From Candidatus Anoxychlamydiales bacterium (GTDB lineage: Bacteria > Chlamydiota > Chlamydiia > Chlamydiales > SM23-39), in NCBI GenBank assembly GCA_011064875.1, contig JAAKFV010000002.1, positions 1-51,749 of the forward strand: a stretch of 51,749 nucleotides of DNA. The letters are read 5' to 3'. The notes below the pieces were generated by a model. It did no database searches, was not told the DNA's origin, and saw only the letters and a list, made by a program, of their open reading frames with translations. How positions within the stretch are numbered: position 1 is the first letter of the stretch; every line of letters begins with the position of its first letter. Below are positions 36,905 through 46,496 of the stretch, piece by piece. Made by a program: the position numbers and the translations under genes.

Positions 36905-38215
36905 TCAAGCTATGAACATTTCAAGTTTTTTCTGAAGCATTTTAGGAATTTCTGCTTCTATTAAAATATCATTTTCTTCATAGCTTAATGAAATTATCCT
37001 ACCCTCTTTAATTATCTCAGAGACAAGCTTATAATAGCTTTGAGGAATTTTAAGTTTTATAATTTTCCTAAGATTTGAAATTTCCCCAATCATCTTATCC
37101 ATCAAATCTTCAAATCCCTCTTTTTTTAAAGCTGAGATTATTACAGTTTTTGGATAATTTAATTTAAAATAGGTAATAAATGATTGATCATAGATTTCAT
37201 CGATTTTATTAAGACAGGTAATGATAGGCTTTTCATCGGCTTTAAGCTCTTTTAAAACTTCTATGCTCGCTTCTGCCATCACTTTTGCATTTTCATTAGA
37301 GACATCAACTAAATGAATAAGTATATCAGATGAAATAGCCTCTTCTAGAGTTGATTTAAAAGCTGCAATAAGAGTATGAGGAAGTTTTCTTATAAACCCA
37401 ACGGTGTCTGTTACAACTACTTGCTGCTGATTTGGAAGAGTGTATTTTCTAGTTGTTGTATCTAAAGTAGCAAAAAGTTTATCTTCAACTAAAACTTTTG
37501 CATCTGTAAGGGCATTCATTAAAGTGGATTTCCCAGAATTTGTGTAGCCTATAATCGCAAAAGATGGAATTTGAATTTTTTTCCTTTTTTTTCTTTGAAG
37601 CTCTCTTTGCTCTTTTATTTTATCAATATCCTTTTGGAGATCAGATATCTTCTTTTTTATAATCTGTCTATCAATCTCAATTTGTTTCTCTCCAGCACCT
37701 TTTAGATAGCCACCAGACTTGCCTCCTGTTCTTTGCCTACTTAGATGTGTCCACATTCTTTTAAGCCGTGGCATCTCATATTTAAATTGAGCGAGCTTTA
37801 CTTGGAGTTTAGATTCATTTGATCTTGCATGAATTGCAAAAACCCCTAAAATTAGCTCAGTTCTATCGATAGTGGTTTTTTTTATCTCTCTTTCTAAATT
37901 TCTTTGTTGATGTGGTGCTATATCAATATCGAAAATTACAATATCTATATTTTTCTCTTCGCATAAATCTCTTATCTCTTCAACTTTTCCAGAACCAATA
38001 TATGTAGAAGTCTCTATCTTTCTGATGTGAACTAACATTTTTTCGATTGTTTGAAGCCCAAAAGTTGTAGCTAAACTTTTTAGCTCTTCTAAATGCTCTA
38101 ATCTAATATTTTTTTCTTTATTTGATTTATAAGCCCCAACTAAAAGAGCATTTTTATTTTTTTCTATTTCTAGAAGACGAGTTTTCCCTAAATCTATTGG
38201 ATCTTTTGTAGACAT
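36905..38215 (-). CDS. hflX: GTPase HflX
   Basis: 436 aa. An HflX N-domain followed by G motifs GYTNSGKST, DTVGF and NKID. Confidence 0.95.
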   Translation of the reverse strand: MSTKDPIDLGKTRLLEIEKNKNALLVGAYKSNKEKNIRLEHLEELKSLATTFGLQTIEKMLVHIRKIETSTYIGSGKVEEIRDLCEEKNIDIVIFDIDIAPHQQRNLEREIKKTTIDRTELILGVFAIHARSNESKLQVKLAQFKYEMPRLKRMWTHLSRQRTGGKSGGYLKGAGEKQIEIDRQIIKKKISDLQKDIDKIKEQRELQRKKRKKIQIPSFAIIGYTNSGKSTLMNALTDAKVLVEDKLFATLDTTTRKYTLPNQQQVVVTDTVGFIRKLPHTLIAAFKSTLEEAISSDILIHLVDVSNENAKVMAEASIEVLKELKADEKPIITCLNKIDEIYDQSFITYFKLNYPKTVIISALKKEGFEDLMDKMIGEISNLRKIIKLKIPQSYYKLVSEIIKEGRIISLSYEENDILIEAEIPKMLQKKLEMFIA

Positions 38216-38237
38216 TTTTTTTAATTTGTAAAAATTT

Positions 38238-39011
38238 TTATAATTTTATCTCTAGCCCATCATAAGCAAGAAAAACATTTTTTAAAAGTTTTTTAGAGTC
38301 CTTAAAATACTCTATTTCATGACCTAAATGAGTTAGATATGCTTTTTTTGGCTTAACTATTTTTATGAACTCTAAAGCTTCTTTTATATTAAAATGAACA
38401 TCTGATTTTTTATGTCTGAGTGCACTTAAAACCAAAACATCTAAATTAGTTAGTTGTTTAAAAATCTTTTCATCATATTTTTTGATATCTGTTATATATG
38501 CAAAATTATCGACTCTTACCCCCAAAACTTTCTTAGAATCTTGAAAGTATGAAAAATACTCAAAGGACATATCATCAAATCTAAATGCTTTTCTTTTTGA
38601 ATCTAAAACATGAAAATCAAATTTTGCACCTTGGGTATGATGCTTTAGATTTCTTTTAAAAAAATGATCAAATTTAACTTTTATCTCTTTAAAAGTCTCT
38701 TTTAAAAGATAACATCTAATAGGTTTTTTTTGGATACGATTAAAAATTCTTAAATCATCCAAACCTGCTATATGATCGAAATGAGCATGGGTTAAAATTA
38801 AAACATCTATTTTTTTAATTTTATATCTTACAGCCTGCATTCTGATATCAGGCCCTACATCTATAAGTATCTTTTTTCTGTTTTTCTCAATTAAAACAGA
38901 AGGTCTTAATCTTTTATTGTATTTTGAATCAGATAAGCAAGTTTTGCACCGACAATTAATAACAGGTACAGCAGTAGAAGCTCCTGTTCCTAAAAAAGTA
39001 ACTTTTGCCAT
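38238..39011 (-). CDS. Metallo-beta-lactamase fold hydrolase (PhnP/GPP-like phosphodiesterase family)
   Basis: 257 aa. HxHxDH motif (THAHFDHIAG) and an N-terminal Cys cluster (NCRCKTC), as in PhnP-like enzymes. Confidence 0.82.
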   Translation of the reverse strand: MAKVTFLGTGASTAVPVINCRCKTCLSDSKYNKRLRPSVLIEKNRKKILIDVGPDIRMQAVRYKIKKIDVLILTHAHFDHIAGLDDLRIFNRIQKKPIRCYLLKETFKEIKVKFDHFFKRNLKHHTQGAKFDFHVLDSKRKAFRFDDMSFEYFSYFQDSKKVLGVRVDNFAYITDIKKYDEKIFKQLTNLDVLVLSALRHKKSDVHFNIKEALEFIKIVKPKKAYLTHLGHEIEYFKDSKKLLKNVFLAYDGLEIKL

Positions 39012-39829
39012 TATTGAGAATCCATTTTATGTAAAATGTTAAAACTTTCAATTGCAAAATTAAAAAAGAAAATCACAAATGGTGTTATCAAAATAGAAAA
39101 TGGAATCATTATAAAAAAAGCCTCCAATCCTAAATAGATACTATCTAAACGAATAGCAAAATAGCTTTTTGTTAAAGCAGCTGAAATATATAGAAACAAA
39201 GCAGGTATAAAAACAGTGGCTAAAGCTATTAAAAATAGAGAAGAATTTGCAAAAATATTCTTTTTTAAATTTTTTAATACTTCAAAAAACCCTTTGATCT
39301 TCAATTTTGGTTTTAAAGAAATAGAAGGTGTTAAGAAAAATAAAAACAAAAAATTCAAAATGATAAGCACAATAAAAAAAAGTATTAATAAATAAGCAAT
39401 AATCGATATGAAAACCCCAATAAAAGAACCGATATGAGGAATATCTTTAATCGCTGCTAAAAACCCAAAAACTATCCATAAAACTACAAAAGTAATTATT
39501 GATAAAATAGATATATAAAAAGTCTGAGAGATCTTATCTACGGACTTTTTTAAAATCCCCAAATATGAGCATTTTAAATTTTTAACATCATGGTAGTATA
39601 TTCTTGCCAAGAACACTCCAAGCACAAATAAAATAGCAAAAGTAATAAAAATTGGTAAAAAAACGAAACTTAAAGTTGCCCAGCTTCCAGAGGTAACGGA
39701 TAGCGATTTAAAAAAAATATGGATAATCCCAATTAGAAAAATAAATGGATATGTAAAAAAAAGCTTCTTTTTATGGAATGAAAATAAAAATGCTCTTGTG
39801 TAGCATTTATCTAAATCTTTGAATATCAT
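39011..39829 (-). CDS. Hypothetical polytopic membrane protein
   Basis: 272 aa with about 6 long hydrophobic segments. Its stop overlaps the start of the MBL gene (TAATG). I recognise no family. Confidence 0.6.
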   Translation of the reverse strand: MIFKDLDKCYTRAFLFSFHKKKLFFTYPFIFLIGIIHIFFKSLSVTSGSWATLSFVFLPIFITFAILFVLGVFLARIYYHDVKNLKCSYLGILKKSVDKISQTFYISILSIITFVVLWIVFGFLAAIKDIPHIGSFIGVFISIIAYLLILFFIVLIILNFLFLFFLTPSISLKPKLKIKGFFEVLKNLKKNIFANSSLFLIALATVFIPALFLYISAALTKSYFAIRLDSIYLGLEAFFIMIPFSILITPFVIFFFNFAIESFNILHKMDSQ

Positions 39830-39938
39830 TTTACAAATCCTTTTTCTATAAAAGATGCTCTACTTTATTTTTTTCTTCAATCAATTCTTTTCAAGAATTT
39901 CCAATTTTGCTACTTAAAAATAAAAAAAAGATAACAAA

Positions 39939-41069
39939 TCAAATTTCATCTTTTAAAATTTTTTCTCTAATATTTTTCATATACTCAACCATAAAATGAA
40001 GATTATGAATACTCGCTAAACTTAGAGCAGTTAGCTCCTTTGCTTTGAATAGATGATGCAAATAAGAAAGAGAAAAATTTTGGCAAGTATAACATGAGCA
40101 ATTTTTATCTATAGGATTAAAATTTATTTCATTTTCTTTTTTGGTAAGTTTGATGCCTTTCTTATTATTCAAAACAAACCCATGCCGAGCAGCTTTTGTA
40201 GGATAAGAGCTATCGAATGTATCTAAGCCTAATGGTATACAATCATCTAAAGATGAAATATCTCCAATACCAAGTAAATGATTTGGTTTATCTTTTGGGA
40301 GATGATTCATGGTAAATGTTAGCATTTCAATCATCTCATTTTTATTTTTCCCAACAGAGCCCCCTATTGCAAAACCATCAAAGTCTAGACTTGATAAATA
40401 TTTTGAACTTTTTTCTCTTAGCTCTTTATTTATGCCACCGTGAATTACTGCATACATAGCTTGATTTTGTCTATTTTTTAAATGGTAATCTAAAGATCTT
40501 TTCTCCCATCTGTGCGTTCTATCTAGAGACTCTTTTAAAGCTTTTAGATCCATATGATAAGGAGGAAGCTCATCTAAGGGTATGATTATATCGGATGCTA
40601 TATCTTTTTGAGCTTGGACTGAACTCTCTGGTGTTAGTAGGATTTTTGTGCCATCTCTATATGATCTAAAAGTAGCGCCTTCTTCTGTTATTTTTAAAAG
40701 AGTGCAGTTTGTTTTTTTAGCGCCTTTACTTTTTAGCTCAGAAGCAACAGAACCGAATGCTAAAGAAAATACCTGAAAACCACCAGAATCTGTGATAATT
40801 GGCATATCTCTATTTATAAATTTGTGTATCCCTCCTGCCTTTTTAATGAGTTTTGAGCCTGGCTGCAAGATTAGATGATAAGTATTACAAAACATTAGAT
40901 CTAGTCCAATAGAACTAATCATTTTATTATCTAAAGCTTTTATTGTACCATTAGTGCCAACAGCTACAAAACTTGGAGTGTTTATAACACCGTGGGGAGT
41001 ATAGATTTTTCCAACTCTTGCTTTTGATTTTTTAGATGTGTGTAAAACTTCAAATTTAAATTTATTCAT
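39939..41069 (-). CDS. tgt: tRNA-guanine transglycosylase (queuine/preQ1 tRNA-ribosyltransferase)
   Basis: 376 aa. TDSGGFQV, GFAIGG, the LGIGD nucleophile region, and zinc motif CSCYTC...H. Confidence 0.96.
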   Translation of the reverse strand: MNKFKFEVLHTSKKSKARVGKIYTPHGVINTPSFVAVGTNGTIKALDNKMISSIGLDLMFCNTYHLILQPGSKLIKKAGGIHKFINRDMPIITDSGGFQVFSLAFGSVASELKSKGAKKTNCTLLKITEEGATFRSYRDGTKILLTPESSVQAQKDIASDIIIPLDELPPYHMDLKALKESLDRTHRWEKRSLDYHLKNRQNQAMYAVIHGGINKELREKSSKYLSSLDFDGFAIGGSVGKNKNEMIEMLTFTMNHLPKDKPNHLLGIGDISSLDDCIPLGLDTFDSSYPTKAARHGFVLNNKKGIKLTKKENEINFNPIDKNCSCYTCQNFSLSYLHHLFKAKELTALSLASIHNLHFMVEYMKNIREKILKDEI

Positions 41070-41730
41070 AGGCTTTCTTCATAAAATATTTAGAAAATTT
41101 CATAAAAGGTGCGCTAAAAATAATAACTAAACTTTTTATAATAAAGCTAAATAAAATTATATCAAAAATATGATCTACTATACCCCACAGAGCTAAGAAG
41201 CTGAACAAAACAGTATCAATAAACTGAACTACAATTGAAGATATTCCCATACGAAGAGGTAGGAATTTTTGATTAAATATTTTTTTTAAAAAGGAAAAAA
41301 AATAGATATCTAACCTTTGAGTTAGAAAAAACACAGAAATTGATGAGATTACAATTCTCGGGGAATTTGCTAAAATATTTTGAAAAGCTGAGTGAGTAGT
41401 ATCTAAATGACTCGGGGTATACAAAAGATGTATCTTTGACATCACTAAAAAAAATAGCATAGAAAAAAAAGAAATTTTTATAGTTTTTATAGCTGTTTCT
41501 TTTCCGAAATATTCTTGTAGAAGATTTTGTGAAAAAATAGCGCCTATAATAAATACATCTGTAGCAGTAACCGTTTTAGTAAATAGATCAATTTGTTTGA
41601 TAACGAATAAATTAGCTATCAAAGTCTGAATAACTGCAAAAACAAGTAGGTAATTTTTTCCAAGTCTCAAGGCTACAAATAAAAATAAGATTACTAATAA
41701 AATATGAATTAAAAATAAAACTTCGTTCAT
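41062..41730 (-). CDS. yhhQ: Queuosine-precursor transporter (YhhQ / DUF165 family)
   Basis: 222 aa, 6 TM helices. Length and hydrophobic pattern fit YhhQ, and its 3' end overlaps the tgt start by 8 nt. The family call rests mainly on context and general resemblance. Confidence 0.75.
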   Translation of the reverse strand: MNEVLFLIHILLVILFLFVALRLGKNYLLVFAVIQTLIANLFVIKQIDLFTKTVTATDVFIIGAIFSQNLLQEYFGKETAIKTIKISFFSMLFFLVMSKIHLLYTPSHLDTTHSAFQNILANSPRIVISSISVFFLTQRLDIYFFSFLKKIFNQKFLPLRMGISSIVVQFIDTVLFSFLALWGIVDHIFDIILFSFIIKSLVIIFSAPFMKFSKYFMKKAYE

Positions 41731-41780
41731 AAAACTGTTTTTTGATTAATATTTCTAAAGATTATAGCAAAAACTACCTG

Positions 41781-42179
41781 TTATAGACAATTGATAGGAT
41801 CAAAATAGATTTTATCTTCTAAAATATATAAAAAGCCATAATCTTCATCATTTATATAAAGAGAGTATCTACCCACTGGTATATTAGAACTCCTTCTTAG
41901 AGTAAAAGAACCTTTATATGGGCCTACTTTTTCTACCCAATTTCTATTAGTATCCACAACAACATAAAGATCTATTATCCCATCATGAGAAAATGTTGGC
42001 TTTTCTATATCAACTTTAGATACTTTTAATTGATACATAGACTTTTGATCTTGAAAAGTTCTCATATTAATTTGAAAATATCTTCCCCTATCTTCAACTT
42101 CAACAAAAAGCTCTTGAGCAAAAGAAATGAGTGGAAAAATAATTAAAACAAGAAAAGTAAAAATTTTAAATTTTTGCAT
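41781..42179 (-). CDS. Hypothetical secreted protein
   Basis: 132 aa. Signal peptide MQKFKIFTFLVLIIFPLISFAQE. It starts 4 nt after the stop of the upstream S9 peptidase gene. Confidence 0.5.
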   Translation of the reverse strand: MQKFKIFTFLVLIIFPLISFAQELFVEVEDRGRYFQINMRTFQDQKSMYQLKVSKVDIEKPTFSHDGIIDLYVVVDTNRNWVEKVGPYKGSFTLRRSSNIPVGRYSLYINDEDYGFLYILEDKIYFDPINCL

Positions 42180-42182
42180 ATT

Positions 42183-44105
42183 TTATTTTAAATTTTGAAT
42201 TGTTATAGATTCAATATCATCTGATAGTTCAAAACCAAAGATTTTTGAGTAAAAATATAGCTCAGAATCTATCGCTTTTTCTATATTTTCTGCGCGTCTA
42301 AAACCGTGGCCTTCTTTTTCAAATAAAATATAAGCAGTTGGCAAGTTTTTTTTCTTTAAAGCATCAAACATAAGTTTCGCTTGATTCGGTGGTACAATTT
42401 TATCATCTTCACCTTGAAACAAGATAATTGGACAAGATAGTTGATCTATAAAATTAATTGGCGATCTATCAAAATATATTTGTTTTTGCTCCGGATATTT
42501 ACCAATTAGTTTTTCATCATATTTAGCTTCAAATTTATGAGTATCTGTATGAAATGCTTCCAAGTCGCTAATCCCATAGTATGACGCTCCAACTTTAAAT
42601 ATATCTCTAAATGTTAAAGCAGCGAGTGTTGTATATCCTCCAGCTGATCCCCCTCTAATAATTAGCTTATTTTCATCAACTAAGTTTTTTTTAGCTAAAT
42701 AATTAGCTGCATTAGCGCAATCATCAACATCTAAAATTCCCCAGTTTCCATAAAGCCTTTGTCTATATTCTCTTCCATAGCCAGTAGAACCTGAATAGTT
42801 AACATCAGCAAAAGCGAAACCCCTACTTGTCCAGTATTGAATCTCTAAATTTAAAATAGCTACTGATTGAGCAGTTGGTCCTCCATGTGATTTTACTATA
42901 AGTGGTGGTTTTTCATTTTTTTTAGCTAAAAAATCTTTATTTTTTGGAGGATAATAGATCATATAAGCAGTTTTATTATTCTCAGTTGGAAACTCCAAAT
43001 ATTCAGGCGAGGATATATATCCAGGATTTATATTTAGCTCTCTTGATTTTTTTAAAACTTCAAATTCTTTTGTTTTTAAATCTAGTTGAACAATAGATTT
43101 TGGGTTTTTAGCAGAAGCTCCAATAAATAGGGCCTTATCATCTTTTACGACTAAATTTGAAATATATGTAAACTCCGTTTCTATCTCAAGAAGCTTTTTA
43201 TTTTCTACATCGATAATAGCTAAATTATCAAAACCATCTTTATTATATGTACAAACGATATATGTTTTATCATTATCATAATAAAAATCATAAGTCGACA
43301 TTCCAAAAAGCCAAAGAGGCAATCCGAATTCAGCATCCATTGGATAAATAGCTTCTATAACGCCCGTTGAGTATCTGTATAGATTCCAAAAGTTTGTTTT
43401 ATCTGAAACAAAATACAATGTTCCATCATTTGCAAATCTCGGTAAAAAAATAGATTCATTTTTAGAACCTGCAACTTTTTTTAAATTTTTTAAATCACCA
43501 TTATCTTCGATATCAGCGAGCCAAAGCTCTGCTGCATCCCAAGGCATATCTGGATGGTTCCATGCTAAAAATGCTAGTTTTCTATTATCTGGTGAAATCA
43601 CTAAAGATGAATAAAAATCAAAGCCTTGAGCTATTTTTGTAACTTTTTGATCACTATCAATTTTTACAATCGAATTATTAACTTCATTTTCTAAATGCTC
43701 TTCTTGTACTGAGAAAATAAGATTTTTTGTTTCATCTATAATAAAATTTGCATACCTATCTGTTGAAACATCAGTGATTGGAAAATATTTACCCTTTTTA
43801 TTTTTTTTATAAATTCTTTGATCAACAAAATTAGAAAAATAAATTTCACTATCTTTGACTGCAAAAGAGAGCCCCCCATATTCATGAACTTTCGTTCTTG
43901 CATTGAACTTGTTATCCAAAATCTCATCAAAAATTTTGCCATTGAATTTTAAAATTGTTGATCTTCCTTTTTCAGAGGGTCTTAGCTCAGATATATAAAA
44001 ATCATTGCCATCTACAAAAATATCTAAAAATTTAATTGAGCCCCCAGTTAACATCTTTGAGGTTATCGGAGATTTCCAAGAGCCATAATATTCTTCATTT
44101 GCCAT
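42183..44105 (-). CDS. S9 family serine peptidase (prolyl oligopeptidase / acylaminoacyl-peptidase-like)
   Basis: 640 aa. An N-terminal beta-propeller-like region, then a catalytic domain with GGSAGGY (GxSxGG), GEDDKIV (Asp) and EGHGF (His). Confidence 0.9.
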   Translation of the reverse strand: MANEEYYGSWKSPITSKMLTGGSIKFLDIFVDGNDFYISELRPSEKGRSTILKFNGKIFDEILDNKFNARTKVHEYGGLSFAVKDSEIYFSNFVDQRIYKKNKKGKYFPITDVSTDRYANFIIDETKNLIFSVQEEHLENEVNNSIVKIDSDQKVTKIAQGFDFYSSLVISPDNRKLAFLAWNHPDMPWDAAELWLADIEDNGDLKNLKKVAGSKNESIFLPRFANDGTLYFVSDKTNFWNLYRYSTGVIEAIYPMDAEFGLPLWLFGMSTYDFYYDNDKTYIVCTYNKDGFDNLAIIDVENKKLLEIETEFTYISNLVVKDDKALFIGASAKNPKSIVQLDLKTKEFEVLKKSRELNINPGYISSPEYLEFPTENNKTAYMIYYPPKNKDFLAKKNEKPPLIVKSHGGPTAQSVAILNLEIQYWTSRGFAFADVNYSGSTGYGREYRQRLYGNWGILDVDDCANAANYLAKKNLVDENKLIIRGGSAGGYTTLAALTFRDIFKVGASYYGISDLEAFHTDTHKFEAKYDEKLIGKYPEQKQIYFDRSPINFIDQLSCPIILFQGEDDKIVPPNQAKLMFDALKKKNLPTAYILFEKEGHGFRRAENIEKAIDSELYFYSKIFGFELSDDIESITIQNLK

Positions 44106-44213
44106 AATATTTATTGAGGTAAAGGTTTATTAAAGTATAAATAAAAAATTCATAAGATTTAAAAAGTACATGATATAGAAAAAAAATGAAACTCAAAATA
44201 AGAAAAAAATTAT

Positions 44214-44741
44214 CTAGCTAGATTCCATTTTTAATAAATCAGTAGATTCAGCTTTTTTAAACTTATAAAAATATAAAAAAGTTCTTCCCAAAAACATTCC
44301 AAAAGAAAGAGTTGCTGCCATAATATATCTATAAAAAAAAGTACTATCTTTCAAAACACTAGGATCTTTTCCTATTTGAAAACCAAAATAAAATTTTATT
44401 GAAAAACTAATCAAAATCAAAAAAAGAGTAGAATATGTACCAGGAAGTTTTAGTAAATTATTTTTTTTATCAGCAATAATTTGAGTTTTACTAAATATAA
44501 CAACACTTAGAAAAACACCAATGATCGTTGAAGTTATCCAAACAAGAGATGTAAAAAAATTAATATTACCAACTAATCTTTGAAGAGAGAAAAACAAAAA
44601 CACCACAGGAAGTATAAAGATTTTTTTTAAAGATATAACACTTGGCTTAAAAGCTTTAATACCAATAAAAATTAGATAAGCTAATAAGAACCAAACCCAA
44701 AGAGGCGGGCCTTTAAAAATTTGTAAAAGTGTATCTAACAT
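44214..44741 (-). CDS. Hypothetical membrane protein
   Basis: About 175 aa with 5 hydrophobic segments. I prefer the ATG at 44741 (MLDTLLQIF...) to the TTG at 44774 used in the ORF track. Confidence 0.5.
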   Translation of the reverse strand: MLDTLLQIFKGPPLWVWFLLAYLIFIGIKAFKPSVISLKKIFILPVVFLFFSLQRLVGNINFFTSLVWITSTIIGVFLSVVIFSKTQIIADKKNNLLKLPGTYSTLFLILISFSIKFYFGFQIGKDPSVLKDSTFFYRYIMAATLSFGMFLGRTFLYFYKFKKAESTDLLKMESS

Positions 44742-44969
44742 CTTACATATTCCCTGCAGGATAAATTTATTCAATTAATGAAGTTTATTGATAAAAAATA
44801 TCAAATTTATCTGATTCATACAAGGCTTAAAATAATTACTAATGAGTAACTTATAATCAATTAAAAATTTTATATAGCTATTTATTTTTTATGATTTTCT
44901 ACATATTTTATTGTGAAAAGATCTCATTTTAGCTATCATTTATACAAATCTTAAAAGAGGTATTTTAAA

Positions 44970-45914
44970 ATGCTGTTTTTGCCCTTTATGTTGTTCGCTA
45001 TGTGGTCTAGTTGTTTTGCTATTGGAAAAATGGCTATTTTCTCATCTACTCCTCTTTTTTTTACTGCAATTCGCATGTTATTTGCCTCAATTTTAATTCT
45101 TGGCTTTATGCTACTTAAAAAAAAATCTCAGCTAAAAGTTTCAAAAAAGCAACTAGGAGCTATTTGTTTACTCGCAATACTTAGTATGTATCTAAATAAC
45201 GCTTTAGAATTTTATGGTCTTAAATATATTTCAGCTTCTAAAACTTGTTTTATATATAGTTTAACACCAATTTTTGCAGCTATTTTATCCTACTTTCATT
45301 TCAAAGAAAAACTAACCCCTATGAAAATTTTAGGAATGGCAGTAGCACTTCTTGGAATTATCCCAGTTTTCTTTATGCAATCTGGCTCTGAAAAATTAAA
45401 TAGCTCATTTTTTCATTTATCTTTACCAGAGATAGCTGTTATTGCAGCTGTATTTCTATCTGTCTATGGCTGGATTTTACTAAGAAAACTTGTTAAAGAT
45501 AACGCTGTCTCCCCTCTAACGGCTAATGGCATTGGAATGTTACTTGGTGGAATTTTTGCTATCACTCACTCACTTATATTAGACAAATGGACTCCTATTC
45601 CTGTAGCAGCGGGTCACAGCGGGGCTTTTATTCAAGGAATTGTCTTTTATACAATAATTTCAAATGTAATTTGCTATAATCTTTATGGGTATTTATTAAA
45701 AAGATTTACCGCAACTTTTATGTCTTTTGTTGGTCTTCTCAGTCCAATTTTTGCATCTTTTTCTGAGTGGATCTTATTAAAAACTCCTCCATCTCCATTA
45801 ATACTTGGATCTACATGCGTGATAATCTTTGGGCTTTGGTTAGTTTATAAAGCTGAGCTAAAACAAGGATATATTGTTAAATCTAAAAAAGTGAATGAAC
45901 CGGCAGTCAATTAA
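44970..45914 (+). CDS. DMT superfamily transporter (two EamA domains)
   Basis: 314 aa with 10 TM helices in a 5+5 arrangement typical of EamA/RhaT transporters. Substrate unknown. Confidence 0.85.
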   Translation: MLFLPFMLFAMWSSCFAIGKMAIFSSTPLFFTAIRMLFASILILGFMLLKKKSQLKVSKKQLGAICLLAILSMYLNNALEFYGLKYISASKTCFIYSLTPIFAAILSYFHFKEKLTPMKILGMAVALLGIIPVFFMQSGSEKLNSSFFHLSLPEIAVIAAVFLSVYGWILLRKLVKDNAVSPLTANGIGMLLGGIFAITHSLILDKWTPIPVAAGHSGAFIQGIVFYTIISNVICYNLYGYLLKRFTATFMSFVGLLSPIFASFSEWILLKTPPSPLILGSTCVIIFGLWLVYKAELKQGYIVKSKKVNEPAVN

Positions 45915-46171
45915 CCAGCTTGTTGTCCTATTGATAAAGAATCGTTATTTTGAAAGATTGTTAAACTTATTTGATTTATTCTTTTATTAACTCCCACTGA
46001 GACAATTTTCATCATAAATGTATGAGAATATGGGAAAGAATTATCATATTCTAAATCAACAAAGGTATTATCTGTAACTTCATATCCCATTTTTTGATAA
46101 CAATCTTTCATTCTAAAAACAATAGGATATTCTCTATGAGAAGGAGAAAAATCATTTACTCGATATAACAT
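45911..46171 (-). CDS. Hypothetical small protein, coding status uncertain
   Basis: 86 aa from the ATG at 46171. The track ORF begins at a TTG at 46225. It is convergent with the DMT gene and overlaps its stop by 4 nt. No motif recognised. Confidence 0.3.
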   Translation of the reverse strand: MLYRVNDFSPSHREYPIVFRMKDCYQKMGYEVTDNTFVDLEYDNSFPYSHTFMMKIVSVGVNKRINQISLTIFQNNDSLSIGQQAG

Positions 46172-46274
46172 AGTCTTTTTTAAGAATTTAATCGTTAGCT
46201 TTAAATTTAGGAAACTATTATACAAAAATCTCGTATTGAATATAAGAAAAATCGAGAAGAGAAAAAATAATTCT

Positions 46275-46312
46275 ATAGCCTATCTAACGATATGATAGGC
46301 TATTATTTTTTT
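46275..46312 (+). terminator. Strong hairpin plus T-run, terminator-like, with no obvious plus-strand gene to terminate
   Basis: 10-bp stem atagcctatc / gataggctat, 9-nt loop, then tattattttttt. It lies 360 nt downstream of the DMT gene stop. Confidence 0.45.
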
Positions 46313-46496
46313 ATACTTTTTTCAGTAGAATCAAAAGATTCTTAAATTTAGTTACATGACTAGTTTTAATTAAAAAAATTATTAATGTTTTTAAACTTAT
46401 CTTATTAACTTGTTTTAAAAAGAGAAATTAATTATTGTTTTATAAATTAAATTTTTAGATTACTTATATAATAGCCTATTTTGGGAGGATAAAATC

